This document shows positions 62,308 through 64,000 of a DNA stretch of 64,000 bases, piece by piece (positions within the stretch are counted from its first letter, which is position 1; each line of letters opens with the position of its first letter). The DNA lies in the NCBI RefSeq assembly GCF_964204645.1, contig NC_134034.1:7352914-7416913 (forward strand), in the 5' to 3' direction. Below the pieces are notes generated by a model. It ran no database searches and was not told where the DNA came from. It saw only the letters and a list, made by a program, of their open reading frames with translations. A program made the position numbers and the translations under genes. Origin of the DNA: Tubulanus polymorphus. Lineage: Eukaryota > Animalia > Nemertea.

Positions 62308-64000
62308 CAACCACTTTTTGGGGAAAAGCATATTGAAATATTATATTTTGATTCTGTAACAGCTGACACCCCAATATTATTAAAATGTAATAATAAAATA
62401 TTGGTAAGAAGAATTTCAGAAATAATTCCAAAACAAAATGAATGTTATATTTCATATAGTGAAAAAGAATTAATACAAATAAATGGATTAATGGATGTTT
62501 GGACAAGAAATGGATGGAAAAAATTAAAGAATATTATTAGGCATAAAACAAATAAGAAAATCTATAGAGTTAGAACTAAATTAGGATTTGTAGATGTTAC
62601 TGAAGATCATAGTTTAGTTAAACGAAATGGCGATGAAATAAAACCAACTGATATAAAAATTGGAGATGAATTATTACATAAACGATTTTTCCAAAGAATG
62701 AATCATATGTCATTTGATGAAATAATTGATAATATTTATAATATAGAACCCGAAACATTAGAAGAAAAAGAATATTTTATCAAAGGATTTCTCATGGGTG
62801 ATGGTTCAGCAGGTGTGTATAATAATGTTTGGGGTAATTAATATTGTTGGTATTTATGCAATCAAGACTTAAAATTATTAGAAAGAATTATAAAATTCTG
62901 TGAAGAAGTTTATTCACATAAAACATTTAGAATCATGGATGTTATGAAATCAACAGCAGTTTATAGAATACTTGTAAATAATCCTAAAGATTTTGCTATA
63001 AAATATAATGATGAATTCTATATTCATGCAATAGTGAAAAGTAATACTTCAACAAAAGAAAAGATAGTTCCAGATTATGTATTAAATGCAAAAAATAATT
63101 TAAGAAAGTGGTTCTTCATTGGATTCTATGCCGCAAAACAATATCCTTTGCTCAAAAAGGAAAAGTTGCTATATCAGGATTGAATATATTATGCAGTTCA
63201 TTAGGATTTAATATGAATATAGAATTAATTAAATCTAAACCAAAATGTTTTAATTTAAGGCATGTAGAAAAAGAATTAACAGAAGAAGTTAAAGATTTAT
63301 TTGAAATATATAACCCAACTGACTATGTTTATGATTTATCAACAGATGATGGAACATTCAATTCTGGGTTCCCATTAATCCAAAAAAATACCGACAGTTA
63401 CATACTAAAAATCAAGACAAATGATATAACAAAAGACTTAAAAACATTAAAACATTATTTTGATTTTAGCAATTATCCCAAAGATCATGAACTATTTAGC
63501 AATGATAATAAAAAGATTCCTGGTAAATTTAAAGATGAATTAGGGGGTGATGAAATGATTGAATTTGTTGGGATAAGAAGTAAAATGTATAGTTACAGAA
63601 CAAAAGATCATGAAGCTAAAAAGTTAAAAGGAATAACAAAACATGTGGTTGATAAACATATAGAATTTCAAGATTATATAAAGTGTTTATATAAATCAAT
63701 TGTAATGAAACACAAAATGAATTGTTTAAGATCGGAAGATCACGAGATGTACATTAATGAAGTTGAAAAAACTAGTTTAAATCCATTTGATGATAAAAGG
63801 CATATTTTAGATGATGGTATAAAAACATTACCTTATGGTCATTAAAACATAAAATCAATATCATCATAATCGAAATCACTATTGGCTTCTTCATTTTCAT
63901 TTAATTGTTTAGGTTCTTCTTCCATTTCATTTTTCTCATTTAAATAAAGTTCTATCTTGTTCCACATTTCATCTCGCTCTCTTTGTTTCGTTTTGTTTGT
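62308..64000 (+). mobile_element. Element C: third Polinton copy starting abruptly inside pPolB; runs off the window
   Basis: Near-identical to the reverse complement of about 39493-41209; includes the pPolB C-terminus (to 63845) and the 3' end of the convergent VLTF-3-like gene (63842-64000, minus strand). Confidence 0.93.
62353..63389 (+). pseudogene. Second intein allele: Ser1 intact, endonuclease disrupted
   Basis: Reads YFD/SVTADT; TAA at 62839; a 28-bp deletion near 63135 removes DGSKSFQNR; ends LIQKN/TDS. Confidence 0.93.

Overview
AT-rich eukaryotic genomic DNA, most likely from an invertebrate animal (spliced GT-AG genes, LTR/LINE/MITE relics, satellites); almost all of it is nested mobile elements. 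The centre is a complete endogenous Polinton/Maverick-type virus (element B, 20294-44797) with terminal inverted repeats and a 6-bp TSD (TAAATG), inserted into the RT gene of a Gmr1-like Gypsy element. Element B encodes pPolB, minor and major capsid proteins, a retroviral-type integrase, a packaging ATPase and several membrane proteins, but no recognisable adenain protease. A truncated relative (element A, about 6911-18137), a 1.56-kb duplicate of part of B (18138-19695) and a third copy (element C, 62308 to window end) are also present. Four features of element B stand out. (1) Its pPolB carries a 355-aa LAGLIDADG intein at the YxD/TDS site. (2) It encodes a poxvirus A2/VLTF-3-like late transcription factor. 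(3) Nearly every gene is preceded by a T-tract/spacer/TAAATG motif matching poxvirus late promoters. (4) It contains a 289-nt, highly structured candidate Pol III ncRNA (TATA at -31, TTTT end) with two hairpins that both display a GGCGCC palindromic loop. Together these suggest an endogenous virophage-like satellite of a poxvirus-like virus (inference). The left end of the window holds a spliced USP-type deubiquitinase gene directly upstream of, and possibly fused to, a Mutator-like transposase. All family assignments come from motif recognition by eye; no searches were run.
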